Source: Candidatus Eiseniibacteriota bacterium
GTDB lineage: Bacteria; Eisenbacteria; RBG-16-71-46
Reading direction: 5' to 3'
Length of the DNA: 64,000 nt
Assembly (NCBI GenBank): GCA_963744995.1
Contig: CAVUWA010000004.1
Location: forward strand, 387,970 to 451,969
Numbering within the stretch: the first letter of the stretch is position 1; every line of letters starts with the position of its first letter. Below are positions 9,481-19,758 of this stretch, one piece after another. Under the pieces are notes generated by a model. It had not been told where the DNA came from and did not search any database. It worked only from the letters and a program-made list of their open reading frames with translations. Both the position numbers and the translations under genes were made by a program.

Positions 9481-12400
9481 CTACATCGCGAAATGCAGGT
9501 AGGTGCGGATCTCCCACTCGCTGCCGTTCGGACCCGGCAGCGTCGGATCGGGAACCAGCGAACCGCCGGGGCCCATCACGAATCCGGGTGCGTAACGCGG
9601 CGAGTACTGGTCGAGCGAGCGCCACATGCCACGCACCCCGAAGCGGGTCTGCGGGAAGCCGAACCAGCGCGGTGAGCCGAGCGTGCGCGAGACGTCCGCC
9701 GTGAGCTGCACCGGGAAGGTCAGGTTGAAGTCGCGGTGGTAGTCGTAGGGCCCGAAATCGTTGAAGTGCGCCGAGGCCAGCAGGCGGTACGCCTGCCAGG
9801 CCACGGTGCCGTCCACGCCGTAATGTTCGACCAGGCGATCGTCTTCGGAGTTAGGTTGTGCCGTGCCGCCGAAGAAGGTCGAGACGATGCGCAGATCCGG
9901 ATTCACCTTGGACACCACGCGGCCGTGGATCTCCCAGAGGTCCCGCGCGGGCGGCCCGCCGGGGAACGCGAACGGCGTGCCGTCGGCGAGGATGCCGATC
10001 GAGGCGTCACGCGTGGTCGGCATGTGGCGGAACACGAAACCGAGACTGGCCGCCAGCCGCGCGTCTTCACGGACGTCGTTGTCCCACGCCCACATCCACG
10101 TCGCCGGCGTCGGATCCCAGGTGAACAGCAGCTCGGCACTGGTCTGCTCCCGGTTGCCGAGCACCGCGAACGGATCGTTGAGAATGTCGCGCGGCCGGCC
10201 GGGCGGCGGGGTGTCGGCGGGCACCGGCCCGACGATCGGCTTCTGGTAGAGGAAGTTCGGCGCGATCTGCAGATTCCCGACGTTCACCGCCACGCCGGCC
10301 AGGACGTTGGATTGATTGCCCGAGCCCGAGTCCTTGAGGTTCCAGCCGGTGTAGGTCGTGGTCGCGGTCGGGCCGCCGTTGGCGACCAGTCCCATGACCG
10401 CGCCCTGGGTGTACCAGAGCCAGCGCCCGAACCCGCCGGAGAGCTTCGCCTTCGCGCCGAAGGTGTCGCCGGTCCTGACGAAGTCCCGGAGGATCCGGTA
10501 CGAGCCGTCGGCGTTGCGGTCCGCGAGCTGGAACGACTGGTCCACCTTGTTGTTGCCGGACCAGATGCCGCCGATCTCATAGGCGACCGGCCCGTAGTTC
10601 GAGGCGATGTCCACTGTCGCGGTCTGCGTGGGCGGCACCGGGATCGCGTTCGAGCTGGTGACGTTCGACTGTGCCGTCAGGTCCTTCTGGTAGACGCCGG
10701 TCGTGGTGAAGCGGCCGAGCTGCTTCCGGTACTTGACCAGGAACGCCGGATTCGCGCCCCACCAGAGCTGCGGGCCGAAGGCGAACTTGAGTCCGTCCAG
10801 CCGCTGTTTGCCGGTGAGCTCGACACCGACCGGCGCGTCGCCGTTGTAGATGTCGATGTTGTCGCCGTAGAACGCCTCGCGATAGAGGCCGAAGAAGTCG
10901 CCCTCGTAGCCCCAGTGCGTATGGCCGACGCGGTAGAAACCGTTGAGGTCGAACTGCGGGTCGTTCCAGGTCACCGAGGAGCTGTAGACCTTGACGCGCT
11001 CGATGCCCTGCAGGGCGATGTCACCGTCGGGCGTGGTCACCGTTCGCGTGCGCCCGCGGTTCTCGTAGAAGATCTCGTCGATCGGATTGCGCGGGACGTT
11101 GCCGAGCACGTTGAGCGAGAGCGTGCCGCGCACGTTCGGCGCCGGCGTCGCTTCGAAGTCGGCGTAATAGGATTCCTTGCGGTCGAAGCCGAGGAACGAC
11201 GGATACCCCTCCTGCGGCGCGGAGTCGTCGGGCGTGCTGATACGCTTGCCGCCGGTGCTGTACGTCTCGAACTCCAGCCGCAGGCCCGAGAGCCGCGCGC
11301 GTCCGAGCGCATCCACCGCAAGCGCCGCGCGGTCGCCGCGCGCCTCGAGCTCGGAGGACAGCGGGTGCACGTCCGCGAACCAGTCCTGAATGGTCTGGAG
11401 CGTCGTGCCCGGCGCGTAGGGATCGAGCCGGAAGGCGCGGCGCAGGGCGTAGAAGGCGGCGCGCGGATAGAGCTGGTAGAGGCCCTCGTCGTCGGGGCGG
11501 CCCTTGGCGCAGATCCCCCACCACTCCTCGTTCATGTTGTTCTGCCCCTCGACGTAGTCGCTGTAGCCGCCGTTCGGCCACGACGCATTCGTGTCGTGCA
11601 CGTCGAGGTTCACGTCCTGACGATACTTCCACCAGCCGTCGCTCCACTGGAAGATGCAGCCGCCGATGGCGTTTCCGGCGCGGCCCTTGCCGGCGGTCTG
11701 TTCGTAGATCTCCTCCCACTGGCCGACCAGGTAACGCGCCTGCGCGCGCTGGTCCTCGCGCATCTCCCGGGCGTTCCAGGCGTCGGCGCCGAACTCGGTG
11801 AACATCACCGGCACGCCGAGCTTCGTCTTGACGACGTCGAAGAGGTCCCGCGCGGAGACGCCGCGGTAGACGTTCGTGCCGAAGACGTCCATGTTCTTGC
11901 ATTCCTCGGCGATCAGGTCGATGTACTGCACGTCGCCGTTGCAGATGCCGACCGGGCGATCCGGGTCGTGCGCCTTCACGGCGTCGATGATCTCGCCGAA
12001 CAGCGAGTACAGGTAGCGGGCCCGCGCGGCGTCGCGCTCGCCCTTCGGCAGCGCCTCGATCTCGAACGAGCTCCACGACAGGCCGTAGTTGTTCTCGTTG
12101 CCGAGCAGCCACATCAGCACGCCGGGCACGCCCCTGAACTGGTCGACCAGCGCCACGATCTCGCTCTTGACGGCGGCGCGCAGACGCGGGTTCGAATAGT
12201 CGACGGTGGGCATCCACACGCCGTCGAGCGTGTAACCGTAGCGTGCCATCGGGTGGTTGATGATCGTGTAGATTCCGTAGGTCTCGTAGATGTACCTGAC
12301 CCAGCGCGGCGGGATGCCGGCATACACGCGAATGGCGTTCACGCCCATGTCCTCGAGGAGCGGCATCTCGTTGGCGAGCGCATCGCGGATGAACGCGTCC

Positions 12401-12645
12401 GGCTGGCTCCAGAGGTCGAACTGGTAGTTCTGTCCGATCGGGATGTAGTCCCAGTTCATGCCGCGCACGAGGAACGGCCGGCCCTGAACTTCGAGCGTGA
12501 GACCGCCCGGTTCGGGCAGCACGCGCACGGGCGCGGGCGCGTCGTCCGCCGTCGCCGTGGCGCAGGCCAGCAGCATGGCGAGGGCGGCCGTGGTCAGCGC
12601 GGCGCACCGCGGGCGCCGGGTCGGAATCGCCGAAAACCGGTTCAT
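9481..12645 (-). CDS. Secreted clan GH-A glycoside hydrolase (GH2/GH158-like TIM barrel) fused to a ~600-aa beta-rich, possibly outer-membrane, domain
   Basis: Signal peptide; MGVNAIRVY, LLGNENNY (acid/base), FTEFGADA (nucleophile), FQWSDGWWK, EEWWGI. The C-terminal half alternates hydrophobic residues and ends EIRTYLHFAM. Confidence 0.75.
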   Translation of the reverse strand: MNRFSAIPTRRPRCAALTTAALAMLLACATATADDAPAPVRVLPEPGGLTLEVQGRPFLVRGMNWDYIPIGQNYQFDLWSQPDAFIRDALANEMPLLEDMGVNAIRVYAGIPPRWVRYIYETYGIYTIINHPMARYGYTLDGVWMPTVDYSNPRLRAAVKSEIVALVDQFRGVPGVLMWLLGNENNYGLSWSSFEIEALPKGERDAARARYLYSLFGEIIDAVKAHDPDRPVGICNGDVQYIDLIAEECKNMDVFGTNVYRGVSARDLFDVVKTKLGVPVMFTEFGADAWNAREMREDQRAQARYLVGQWEEIYEQTAGKGRAGNAIGGCIFQWSDGWWKYRQDVNLDVHDTNASWPNGGYSDYVEGQNNMNEEWWGICAKGRPDDEGLYQLYPRAAFYALRRAFRLDPYAPGTTLQTIQDWFADVHPLSSELEARGDRAALAVDALGRARLSGLRLEFETYSTGGKRISTPDDSAPQEGYPSFLGFDRKESYYADFEATPAPNVRGTLSLNVLGNVPRNPIDEIFYENRGRTRTVTTPDGDIALQGIERVKVYSSSVTWNDPQFDLNGFYRVGHTHWGYEGDFFGLYREAFYGDNIDIYNGDAPVGVELTGKQRLDGLKFAFGPQLWWGANPAFLVKYRKQLGRFTTTGVYQKDLTAQSNVTSSNAIPVPPTQTATVDIASNYGPVAYEIGGIWSGNNKVDQSFQLADRNADGSYRILRDFVRTGDTFGAKAKLSGGFGRWLWYTQGAVMGLVANGGPTATTTYTGWNLKDSGSGNQSNVLAGVAVNVGNLQIAPNFLYQKPIVGPVPADTPPPGRPRDILNDPFAVLGNREQTSAELLFTWDPTPATWMWAWDNDVREDARLAASLGFVFRHMPTTRDASIGILADGTPFAFPGGPPARDLWEIHGRVVSKVNPDLRIVSTFFGGTAQPNSEDDRLVEHYGVDGTVAWQAYRLLASAHFNDFGPYDYHRDFNLTFPVQLTADVSRTLGSPRWFGFPQTRFGVRGMWRSLDQYSPRYAPGFVMGPGGSLVPDPTLPGPNGSEWEIRTYLHFAM

Positions 12646-14036
12646 GGAATTCTCCTCAGGGCGTCGGGCTGCACGCTGTCGCCGACCGCGTTCGCGGCCA
12701 CGATGTCGCGATACCAGAAGGCACTCTCTTTGGGCAGCCGCTCCAGGGTCGCAAAGTCGACCCAGTAGAGGCCGAAACGTCTGTCGTAGCCGTGCGCCCA
12801 CTCGAAATTGTCGAGCAGCGACCAGACGAAATAGCCGTGCAGCGGGACACCCGCCGCCAGCGCCTTGCGGGCGGCGAGGATGTGGCCGTGCAGGAATTCC
12901 ACCCGGCGGCGGTCGTCGATCTGCTCCGCGGCATCCGGACCGTCGCCGTAGGCCGCACCGTTCTCGGTGACGTAGATGCGCGCCGGCTGGTAGTCGCGAG
13001 AGACCCGCAGCAGCAGGTCGTAGAGCCCGCGCGGGTAGACCTCCCACTTCATGTCCGTGAGCGCGTGGTCCGGGACGACCTGCGTCGCGACCGGCTCGCC
13101 GTCCGGACCCGCCTTGAGCACCGTGCGGCTGTAGTAGTTGACGCCGAGAAAGTCGAGCGGCGCGGCGATCACCTGCATGTCGCCGGCCTCGACGAACGAC
13201 AGCGTGCCGTCCGCGAGATGTCCGCGCCTCACCCGGTCGGCGATCGCGGTGCGCGGGTACTGGCCGCGGAAGATCGGATCGAGATACCAGCGGTTGAACG
13301 CCCCGTCGAAACGCCGCGCCGCCTCGACATCGGCGGCCCTGGGCGTCGCCGGCCAGGCGGGCGACAGGTTGAGCACGATGCCGACCTCGCCCTTCGTATG
13401 CCGGCGCAGCGCCTCCACCGCGCGACCGTGCGAGAGCAGCACGTGGTGGGCGGCACGCAGCGCCTCGGCCGGGTCGCGATGGCCGGGGGCCTGCTGTCCG
13501 GATTCATGGCCGAGGTGGGCGATGCACCACGGCTCGTTGTGGGTGGTCCAGTGCGGGACGCGATCGCCGAGCCGCGCCGCGACGACCTCGGCATACGCGA
13601 CGAAGGCGTCCACGGTCGCCCGCGCTCCCCAGCCGCCCGAATCTTGAAGCGCCTGCGGCAGGTCCCAGTGATAGAGCGTCACGAACGGGCGGATCCCGGC
13701 GCCGAGCAGCTCGTCCACGAGGCGGTCGTAGAAGTCGAGTCCGGCCGCGTTCACCGCGCCGCGCCCCGCGGGGATCACACGCGGCCAGGCGATCGAGAAG
13801 CGGTATGCGCCGAGTCCGAGCCCGCGCATGAGCGCCACGTCTTCCTTCCAGCGATGGTAGTGGTCACAGGCGACGGCGGGCGTCGAGCCGTCATCGATGC
13901 GGCCGGGCGCCGCCGCGAAGCGTTCCCAGATCGACTCGCCGCGGCCGTCTTCGGCGACCGCGCCCTCGATCTGCAGCGCCGAGGTGGCGACGCCCCACAG
14001 GAAGCCCTCGGGAAACACGTGCGTGGCCATGATCAT
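12642..14036 (-). CDS. bglA: GH1 beta-glucosidase
   Basis: FPEGFLWGVATSALQIEG, DHYHRWKED, YRFSIAWPR, TLYHWDLPQ, THNEP, VTENG, WSLLDNFEWAHGY. Confidence 0.95.
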   Translation of the reverse strand: MIMATHVFPEGFLWGVATSALQIEGAVAEDGRGESIWERFAAAPGRIDDGSTPAVACDHYHRWKEDVALMRGLGLGAYRFSIAWPRVIPAGRGAVNAAGLDFYDRLVDELLGAGIRPFVTLYHWDLPQALQDSGGWGARATVDAFVAYAEVVAARLGDRVPHWTTHNEPWCIAHLGHESGQQAPGHRDPAEALRAAHHVLLSHGRAVEALRRHTKGEVGIVLNLSPAWPATPRAADVEAARRFDGAFNRWYLDPIFRGQYPRTAIADRVRRGHLADGTLSFVEAGDMQVIAAPLDFLGVNYYSRTVLKAGPDGEPVATQVVPDHALTDMKWEVYPRGLYDLLLRVSRDYQPARIYVTENGAAYGDGPDAAEQIDDRRRVEFLHGHILAARKALAAGVPLHGYFVWSLLDNFEWAHGYDRRFGLYWVDFATLERLPKESAFWYRDIVAANAVGDSVQPDALRRIP

Positions 14037-15040
14037 CGCTCCGGCGCCGCGGCGCCTTCCGGGTAGAGGTGGCAGCGCACGCGCCTGTGTTCCACGGCGC
14101 GCGGCGCGGGATCCTGCGTGCGGCAGACGTCCATGACGTCGGGGCAGCGCGAAGCGAACGGGCAGCCATGCGCGGATTCGGGCGTGCCGCCGGCGCGCGG
14201 CGAAGCGCCCGGCACGAGGTCCCCGGCGTCGGAGATCGCCTCGAGCAGGGCACGGGTGTACGGGTGTGCGGGCGCCTCGACGACCTCGTGCGTGGGGCCG
14301 TCTTCGACGACCCGACCGCGGAACAGCACGAGGATGCGGTCGGCGAGGTAGCGCGCCGAGGCGAGATCGTGCGTGATCAGCAGAATCGCGAGCCGGCGTT
14401 CGCGCTTCAGGCGCTCGAACAGCCGCAGGATGTCGAGACGGATCGAGACGTCGAGCATCGACGTCGGCTCGTCGGCGACCAGCACGTCGGGCTCGACCGC
14501 GAGCGCGCGCGCGATCGCGACCCGCTGGCGCTGCCCGCCCGACAGCTCGTACGGCCGGCGATGGATGAAGTCCTCGGCGGGCTCGAGCCCGACGGTGCGC
14601 AGCAGCTCGATCGCCCGGGCCTCGGCGTCGGCCCGCGTGGCGCGGTGATGCCTGAGCAGCGGGCGGATCAGATGGTGGGCCACGTCGTGCACCGGGTTGA
14701 GCGAGCCGAACGGGTCCTGGAACACCATCTGCACGCGGCCGCGGTAGGCCAGCGAGGCGCGATGCGGCTCGCTCCCGAGCACGTCGGTGCCGTCGATCAG
14801 CAGTTCGCCCCCGTCCGGCGTCTCCAGCCGCAACACGATGCGCGCCAGAGTGCTCTTGCCGCTGCCGGACTCGCCGACCAGCGCCACCGCCTCGCCGCGA
14901 CGGATCGCCAGGCGAACGTCCTCGGCGGCGACCACCCGGCGGTTGCGGCCGCCGAAGCCCGACGAGGGGAACGTCTTACGGATACCGCGCAGCTCGAGCA
15001 CCGGCACGGTGGCGGCGCCGGGCTCGGAATGGGCATTCAA
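14033..15040 (-). CDS. ABC transporter ATP-binding subunit (OppF-like)
   Basis: GESGSGKST, QMVFQDP, LSGGQRQR, VADEPTSMLD, GCPFASRCP. TTG start at 15040 after GGAGG; the listed start at 15112 lies in the promoter. Confidence 0.93.
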   Translation of the reverse strand: MNAHSEPGAATVPVLELRGIRKTFPSSGFGGRNRRVVAAEDVRLAIRRGEAVALVGESGSGKSTLARIVLRLETPDGGELLIDGTDVLGSEPHRASLAYRGRVQMVFQDPFGSLNPVHDVAHHLIRPLLRHHRATRADAEARAIELLRTVGLEPAEDFIHRRPYELSGGQRQRVAIARALAVEPDVLVADEPTSMLDVSIRLDILRLFERLKRERRLAILLITHDLASARYLADRILVLFRGRVVEDGPTHEVVEAPAHPYTRALLEAISDAGDLVPGASPRAGGTPESAHGCPFASRCPDVMDVCRTQDPAPRAVEHRRVRCHLYPEGAAAPER

Positions 15041-15062
15041 GGCGTCTTTCCCTCCGAAAACC

Positions 15063-15087
15063 ACTTTGTTCGATTGACGAACATAGT
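15063..15087. promoter_or_regulatory. ROK-family operator, copy 2
   Basis: ACTTTGTTC-GATTGAC-GAACATAGT in the divergent intergenic region. Confidence 0.75.
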
Positions 15088-15112
15088 GTAGTCTTTGTGT
15101 CGAGCCTGTCAA
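15085..15112 (-). promoter_or_regulatory. Putative sigma70 promoter for the ATPase-bglA-GH2-like operon
   Basis: Minus strand TTGACA (15112-15107), 16 nt, TACACT (15090-15085), overlapping operator 2. Confidence 0.6.
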
Positions 15113-15186
15113 GGGATCGCCCCGGCCTCCGGCCGGGCCCCTCCGGGCCAGTCAGGGCCAGTACGACCATCGTGAGGGAGGCGGAA

Positions 15187-16200
15187 ATGCATCTGTGCGG
15201 ATCATGGCGGCGCCCCGTGCGCACCGGCGCGCTGTCCATCATGCTCATTGCGCTCTTCAGCGTGGCGCCCGCGACGAGCCACGCGCAGCTGTCGCCGTAC
15301 AGCCAGAACTTCGAGAACCTGGGTCTCAACGATCCTGCGGCGCTCAGCAACGACGGCTGGCTCGTCTACGGCAACGTGTATTCGCCGACGCTCACCTACC
15401 TGTACGGCTACGGCCCGTTCCCGGCGCCCAACGAGGAGCCGCCGCACTTCTGCCGGATCGTCACCGGCGAGGGTGGCTCGACGCAGGGGGTGCAGCAACT
15501 GAGCGTGTTCAGTGACTACGAGAACGCCGATCATGCCAACGGCAACCTGATCGAGTCGAACGTCTATCAGGAACGCATGATCAGCGCGGCCGACGTCGGT
15601 CACACCTGGTATTTCGAGTTCGACGCCAAGCTCGGCAACCTCGTGGCGCCGACCACGGCCGTGGCGTTCATCAAGACGCTGAACCCGGCGGCGGGCTACG
15701 CGCTCACGAACTTCATCACGAGCGACATGACGTCGATTCCCTCGACCTGGAACCGCTATTCGGTGTCGCTCATGATCGACGCGGGGTTGATCGGCCAGAT
15801 CTTCCAGTTCGGCTTCGCGAACACCGCCACGAACTATGATCCTTCCGGCGTGTTCTACGACAACATCGAACTCACCGAAACGTCGACGGTGGACGTGCTC
15901 CCGACCGCCTTCCGCGCGACGGGGCTGGAGCTGAGCCTGCGCGGCAATCCGGTCGCGGGCGGCCAGGGTCAGGTGCTGGCGTTCTCGCTTGCGCAGGAGA
16001 GCCCGGTGTCGGTGCGGATCTACGACGTCACCGGGGCGCTCGTCGCGACGCTCGTCCATCGCGAGCTCGGCCCCGGACTTCATCAGGTCTCCTGGCGCGG
16101 CGATGACGCCAGCGGTCGCCGGGTGCCGTCGGGTCTCTACCTCGCGGAGGTCGTCGCCGGCCGCGAGCGCGCGGTGGCCAAGCTGCAGCGGCTGCGCTGA
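15187..16200 (+). CDS. Secreted protein: unknown ~200-aa domain plus C-terminal FlgD-Ig-like (T9SS-CTD-like) domain
   Basis: Signal peptide; C-terminal IYDVTGALVATLV...WRGDDASGRRVPSGLYL; N-terminal domain paralogous to 22674-23393. Confidence 0.8.
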   Translation: MHLCGSWRRPVRTGALSIMLIALFSVAPATSHAQLSPYSQNFENLGLNDPAALSNDGWLVYGNVYSPTLTYLYGYGPFPAPNEEPPHFCRIVTGEGGSTQGVQQLSVFSDYENADHANGNLIESNVYQERMISAADVGHTWYFEFDAKLGNLVAPTTAVAFIKTLNPAAGYALTNFITSDMTSIPSTWNRYSVSLMIDAGLIGQIFQFGFANTATNYDPSGVFYDNIELTETSTVDVLPTAFRATGLELSLRGNPVAGGQGQVLAFSLAQESPVSVRIYDVTGALVATLVHRELGPGLHQVSWRGDDASGRRVPSGLYLAEVVAGRERAVAKLQRLR

Positions 16201-16303
16201 CGCCGGAACCCATCGGGCGTGTCGAGGGGCGGTCGCCGGACGGTGACCGCCCCTTGCGCGTGCGTCGCGCCGGCCCGCTGGATGGAAGCGCCGGCCGCGC
16301 GTC

Positions 16304-19300
16304 TCAGTCCGCGGCCGGGTCCGGTGCGGACACGCCGACGTCGATGCGGGCGATTTCGCCGCGGCGCTCGAAGATCGACCGCGCGAGGTCCGCATTCAGG
16401 GTCTCCCCCGGGGCTTCGGACGTGGCGCCGTCCGCGCGGGTCACCCGGATCCACGGTGCGTCACCGCTCAGGTGATAGACGACCGGCACCTGGCAGAACG
16501 TGAACGCCAGCGAGCCGGCCGGCACCTGGAGCTCCACCGCACGGCCGTCGAGGCCGCGCACCCGGAATACCTCGGGCGCGACGAGGAACTCGTCGCGGGT
16601 GAGCAGCTCCGGCCGGAAGCGCACGCTCCCCGCCTCGATCCCGACGCCGAGCTCGCCGAGGCGGGTCAGGATCTCCTCCTTCACCTGGCCGGTCATGCCG
16701 GGCTGCCGCGCGCCGGCGTGCCGCGGCGTGTGCGAGTAGGGGTCGGTCGGAAACGCGCCGTACTCGGCCGGCGTCTTCTCGTAGCCGAGCCCGGCCCGGA
16801 CTCGCAGGTAGCCGCGCACCAGCGCCGGCGCGGCCGGGTCGCCCGCGTCCAGGGCGGCGAGCGCATGTTCCTCCACCGCCACCAGCAGCTTCGCGACCAT
16901 GTGCCAGTAGATGCAGCCGATGCCCTCGTAGCCGTACATGGTTCCGGAGCGTCCGGTGAACGCGCGGTGGTGAAACACCGTCTCGTAGAGGTCGAGCACC
17001 GCGCCGCGATCGCGCGCCGCGGCGCCGGCCCACTTGCCACCGGCCGCGAGCCCGTCCAGGCGCCGGGCGAGCACGCGGGCCTGTTCGAGATCCGGGTGGA
17101 AGCGGCACGTGCCGGAGGTATCGAGCGCGACGATCGAACGGTCGCCTTCCGCCAGCATCCCCCCCAGCAACCCGATCGCGCGCGCGTCCTCGAGCGGCAC
17201 CACGTTCCTCCCGAGGAAGCCCGGCAGCGTGCGCTCCGGATAGAGCATGAAGCTCTTTCGCCGGGGATCGTACATGTGGCTTTCGAACAGCGCGTCGACG
17301 AGTCGCGCCGCCTCGGCCGGGGCCAGCGTTCCGGCGCTCAGCGCCGCCACCTGGCCCTCGAGCATCTCGGCGAGCGGGGTCAGCGCGAGCGTCTCAGCGC
17401 CGGTCGGCCCCAGCACGTGATAGGCGTGATAGAGCCCGTCGGCGCGCCGGCTGAGGGCGATGGTGTGGTCGAGGTGCGCGAGCGCCACCTCGATCAGCGC
17501 GGGCAGGGCGCCGGGTGCGACCGTCGCGTCCTCCACGCCTTTGCCGGCATACGCGCCCGTCCGATAGGTCTCGAACGCGGCGCCGAGCGCATCCAGCATC
17601 GTCCTGCGGGCGCCGGCGCCCACGGGGCCGCTGCCCGCGGCCGGCCGGTGGCGCTCGAGCGTGGTGCGCACCGCCTCGGCCCAGCGGGCGACGCCGGCGG
17701 CGATCGAGACCGGTCGCGCGCCGCGCGCCGCGAGAAGGTCGCCGACGAAGCGCAGGTAGCGTCTCAGGTAGCAGAGCGTCACGGTCGAGACGCCGTTGCC
17801 GGCGAGGGCGTTGTTGGCGTCGTTCCACTCGGGGCGCTGGGTGTTCATCCAGATGCCGCCGTCGGCGACGTAGCCGGAGAGGCGCGCGAGCGCCGAGACC
17901 AGCAGCTTCTCGATCAGCGAGGCGTGGCGCACCCCGCCCGCGGCGCCCGGCACGAGCTTGCCGTCCGTGCCGATTTGCGTGACGCGCGTGCCGATCGCTG
18001 CGGCGAGCTCCGCGTCGAAGTCGATCGTCGCGTGCGGATCCGCGAGGATGGCCGCGTAGGGCCGCAGCCGGTACGGCACGTGCGCGTAGCTGAACACACG
18101 CCGCTCGAGCATCCGTGCGAGCGCGTCCGGGTCGAAGCGCTGCAGGGCCTCCATCAGCCGCAGCAGGTAGACGATCTGATGGTCTCCCCAGTAGCCGATG
18201 TGGCTCCACGGATCGGCGGGATCCACGACCTCCCAGTCCACCCCGTCGCGGCCGATGCGGTACGGGTTGAAACCGTCGACCGTCGAAGCATTCACGAACT
18301 TCGCGATCATCGCGGGGAGGTAACCGGGGAAGCTCATCGCGAGCGCTTCCCAGTTCTGGAACACGTCGCGCCAGTTGCCCTCGTAAGAGAGCGCCGGCGC
18401 GCCGTCCGAGTGCGCGGGCCGGATCGAGAACCGGTTCCACGGCCGGCTCGGGTCGCCGTGGCGCCGGCCGAAGGTGAGCGGCAGGTACTCGAGGCTCAGA
18501 CGCTCGAGATCGGGGTCGCCCGTTTCCGCCGCGGTCTCGACGAGTGCGGTGACGTCGAACGGATCGGGCAGCGCTTCGAGCCGCGACCGGTGGCGCGCGA
18601 GCACCTCGCGGTTGCGGACCTGGAGGAAGTCGAGCAGATCGGCCCGCGGCGCGCGATAGCCATCGGGGAACACGCCGCCGCGCATGTTGTTGTAGAGCAC
18701 GTTGGCGAAGTGGTGCGCCGCGGCCACCGGGCGACCGGTGCGCTCGAGTCCGTCCGCCGCCGCCACGTTGCGGATCAGCGCCTCGGTGGCGGCGTCGAGC
18801 GCGCCTTCGATCTCGCGGGCGATCGCCCCGCCCGCCGTCAGCCGGTCACGCAGCCGTACGATCGCGAGCGGCCCGCGGGCCGCGTCCGCCATGACCTGCC
18901 ACGCCGCGCCCGCGCCGGGCGCGAGCCGCAGCCGTGCGGTGGCGAGGTAGTGGCCGCGGCGGCCGGTGCGCAGCGTCTCGGGTTCGAAGGGGCGTCCCTC
19001 CCGGAACGCCTGGATGGCGCCGTCATCGAGCGTTACCCGGGCGTTCGCGAGGCCGTGGCTCCAGACGACGTTCGCCCGCAGCGACTCCACCGCCTCGGCG
19101 CGGTCGGTGATCCTGGAGGTCAGCGAGAAGATCGCGAGCCCGGTCGCCGGATCGAGCTCCGTGCGCTTGTATGCGTCGACCAGGCTGCTGCGCTGCTGGT
19201 AGAGCGCCAGCGGCGCGCCGAACGGCAGCACGTTGCGCAGCCCGTCCAGGATCTCCACCTCGACCGGCCCGCCGCCGAGGCGTTCGAGGCGCGCGCTGCG

Positions 19301-19756
19301 CACGAGCCCGAACGCCTCGCACATGCTCCAGCGGAAGCGGAACGCGAGGCCGAGGCCGTGGTGGATCTCCTCGAAGGCCACGCGGTGCCCGGCGAGGTGC
19401 TTGTAGAGATGGCGCTCGATGGGTGCGGCCACCGGCGGCGGCTGCGCGAACGGCTGCCACACGGCCGCGCCCGCGCCCGCCCCGGCGCGGATCAGCGTGA
19501 TCGGCCCCGTGTGGTGGTGGGCGTCATAGAGCCGGTCCACGGTCTCGTAGGGAAACAGGCTGCCGTCGGGATCGGTGCGCCCTGCGGTGAGGCCGCCCGT
19601 CGAAGCGAGGAACATCCAGAGATCCGTGTCGCTCGCCACGCTCATCAGGAACGGCGGCAACCGGTCGCTGTGCGCGATCCGGTACCAGGGTTCGCCATCG
19701 AGTTCGACGATCGGCCCTCCCGGCAGCTGCGTGCCGGGTGGCGTAGCGGTGGACAC
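16304..19756 (-). CDS. GH149-type beta-1,3-glucan phosphorylase
   Basis: ~1150 aa, no signal peptide; PFLMSVASDTDLWMF, RRHGDPSRPWNRF, YEGNWRDVFQNWEAL, IGYWGDHQI, WMNTQRPEWNDANNAL, YEGIGCIYWHM, GAFPTDPYSHTP, QPGMTGQVKE. GTG start 3 nt after the GH17 stop. Confidence 0.82.
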   Translation of the reverse strand: MSTATPPGTQLPGGPIVELDGEPWYRIAHSDRLPPFLMSVASDTDLWMFLASTGGLTAGRTDPDGSLFPYETVDRLYDAHHHTGPITLIRAGAGAGAAVWQPFAQPPPVAAPIERHLYKHLAGHRVAFEEIHHGLGLAFRFRWSMCEAFGLVRSARLERLGGGPVEVEILDGLRNVLPFGAPLALYQQRSSLVDAYKRTELDPATGLAIFSLTSRITDRAEAVESLRANVVWSHGLANARVTLDDGAIQAFREGRPFEPETLRTGRRGHYLATARLRLAPGAGAAWQVMADAARGPLAIVRLRDRLTAGGAIAREIEGALDAATEALIRNVAAADGLERTGRPVAAAHHFANVLYNNMRGGVFPDGYRAPRADLLDFLQVRNREVLARHRSRLEALPDPFDVTALVETAAETGDPDLERLSLEYLPLTFGRRHGDPSRPWNRFSIRPAHSDGAPALSYEGNWRDVFQNWEALAMSFPGYLPAMIAKFVNASTVDGFNPYRIGRDGVDWEVVDPADPWSHIGYWGDHQIVYLLRLMEALQRFDPDALARMLERRVFSYAHVPYRLRPYAAILADPHATIDFDAELAAAIGTRVTQIGTDGKLVPGAAGGVRHASLIEKLLVSALARLSGYVADGGIWMNTQRPEWNDANNALAGNGVSTVTLCYLRRYLRFVGDLLAARGARPVSIAAGVARWAEAVRTTLERHRPAAGSGPVGAGARRTMLDALGAAFETYRTGAYAGKGVEDATVAPGALPALIEVALAHLDHTIALSRRADGLYHAYHVLGPTGAETLALTPLAEMLEGQVAALSAGTLAPAEAARLVDALFESHMYDPRRKSFMLYPERTLPGFLGRNVVPLEDARAIGLLGGMLAEGDRSIVALDTSGTCRFHPDLEQARVLARRLDGLAAGGKWAGAAARDRGAVLDLYETVFHHRAFTGRSGTMYGYEGIGCIYWHMVAKLLVAVEEHALAALDAGDPAAPALVRGYLRVRAGLGYEKTPAEYGAFPTDPYSHTPRHAGARQPGMTGQVKEEILTRLGELGVGIEAGSVRFRPELLTRDEFLVAPEVFRVRGLDGRAVELQVPAGSLAFTFCQVPVVYHLSGDAPWIRVTRADGATSEAPGETLNADLARSIFERRGEIARIDVGVSAPDPAAD

Positions 19757-19758
19757 GG

